The notes under the pieces: model-generated
Seen by the model: the letters and a program-made list of their open reading frames with translations, nothing else
Databases searched by the model: none
Told to the model about the DNA's origin: nothing
Made by a program: the position numbers and the translations under genes
Part shown: one piece after another, positions 63,411 to 64,000 of the stretch
Position numbering within the stretch: the stretch's first letter is position 1
How the letters are laid out: every line of letters begins with the position of its first letter
From: an uncultured Actinomycetota bacterium
GTDB lineage: Bacteria; Actinomycetota; Actinomycetes; JAHEKZ01
Assembly (NCBI GenBank): GCA_963718235.1
Contig: CAVQYR010000001.1
Span: 1,248,001 to 1,312,000 of the forward strand
DNA length: 64,000 bases
Direction of reading: 5' to 3'

Positions 63411-64000
63411 CTACAGGAAGTACAACCGGTTCAGGCTCACCGACTGCGCGGGCTCTGCGGTCAGCAGCTCGCCGTCGAACCGCACGGTTGCCTGTCTCGG
63501 GTCGACCTGGGTACGGCCGATCGTGTCGTTGCGCACCATGTCAGCCAGGCCGATCCCGCGGCAGTGGCGCACCGCGACCCGCTTCCGGTGGGTCTTCATC
63601 CGGTCGGCGTCGTTCTGCAGGGCCGCCTCACTGACGAAGGCCACGGCCAGGTCCGGGGCAGCCAGGCCGTGGGCGCCGAACTGGGGGCCGAGGACCAACG
63701 GCTCGGCCCGGTCGACGCTGGCGTTGGGGTCACCGGTGACGCCCCAGGCGGGGAAGCCGGCCTTCAGGACAAGGTGCGGCTTGGCGCCGAAGAAGACGGG
63801 CTCCCACAGCACGATGTCAGCGAGCTTGCCCGGCTCGACTGAGCCGATCTCGTGCGACAACCCGTGAGCGATGGCCGGGTTGATCGTGAGCTTGGCCAGG
63901 TACCGCAGCACCCGGTGGTTGTCATGGCGGTCGTCGTCGGGTCCGCGGTCGAGCCGGTTCTTGCCGGCGAGGGCGAAGGTGCGTCGGACGGTCTCCCCGG
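63411..64000 (-). CDS. ureC: Urease alpha subunit, C-terminal part (runs off the window)
   Basis: [21 protein letters not shown]...[21 protein letters not shown]...GDPNAS...RLYFL. Confidence 0.9.
   Translation of the reverse strand, partial: GETVRRTFALAGKNRLDRGPDDDRHDNHRVLRYLAKLTINPAIAHGLSHEIGSVEPGKLADIVLWEPVFFGAKPHLVLKAGFPAWGVTGDPNASVDRAEPLVLGPQFGAHGLAAPDLAVAFVSEAALQNDADRMKTHRKRVAVRHCRGIGLADMVRNDTIGRTQVDPRQATVRFDGELLTAEPAQSVSLNRLYFL

Overview
High-GC actinobacterial chromosomal window, probably from a long-read or MAG assembly: about 13 single-base frameshifts interrupt otherwise intact-looking genes. Bases 1-25.5 kb are conserved backbone: hlyC/corC-like, pseudo-cdd, era, AI-2E transporter, leuA with a LEU leader peptide, recO-uppS, a zinc cluster (DUF318 permease, TIGR03943, zur, smtB, znuABC, with operators), glyQS, dusB, ppdK, dgt, dnaG and tRNA-Asn(GTT). 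Right after the tRNA is a collapsed integrative-element scar (arm-type repeats, and an integrase C-terminus back to back with a Rieske oxygenase C-terminus). Accessory genes follow: nitrilase, NHEJ ligD-POL/ku, a small Zn-ribbon gene with a PafBC-like promoter, a class III cyclase-ATPase, a TauD/BBOX plus non-PhnZ HD diiron oxygenase pair, and a LamG-PKD-FN3 surface protein. A xylose cluster (class II xylA, xylB, xylFHG, several oxidoreductases) encloses a secreted vanadium-haloperoxidase-like plus CRTAC1/ASPIC-UnbV operon. The window ends with GGT, a YtcJ amidohydrolase, potADBC and the 3' end of ureC. The best candidates for undescribed systems are the xylose-linked peroxidase/beta-propeller module and the TauD+HD pair. 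All calls come from motif recognition by eye; no searches were run.
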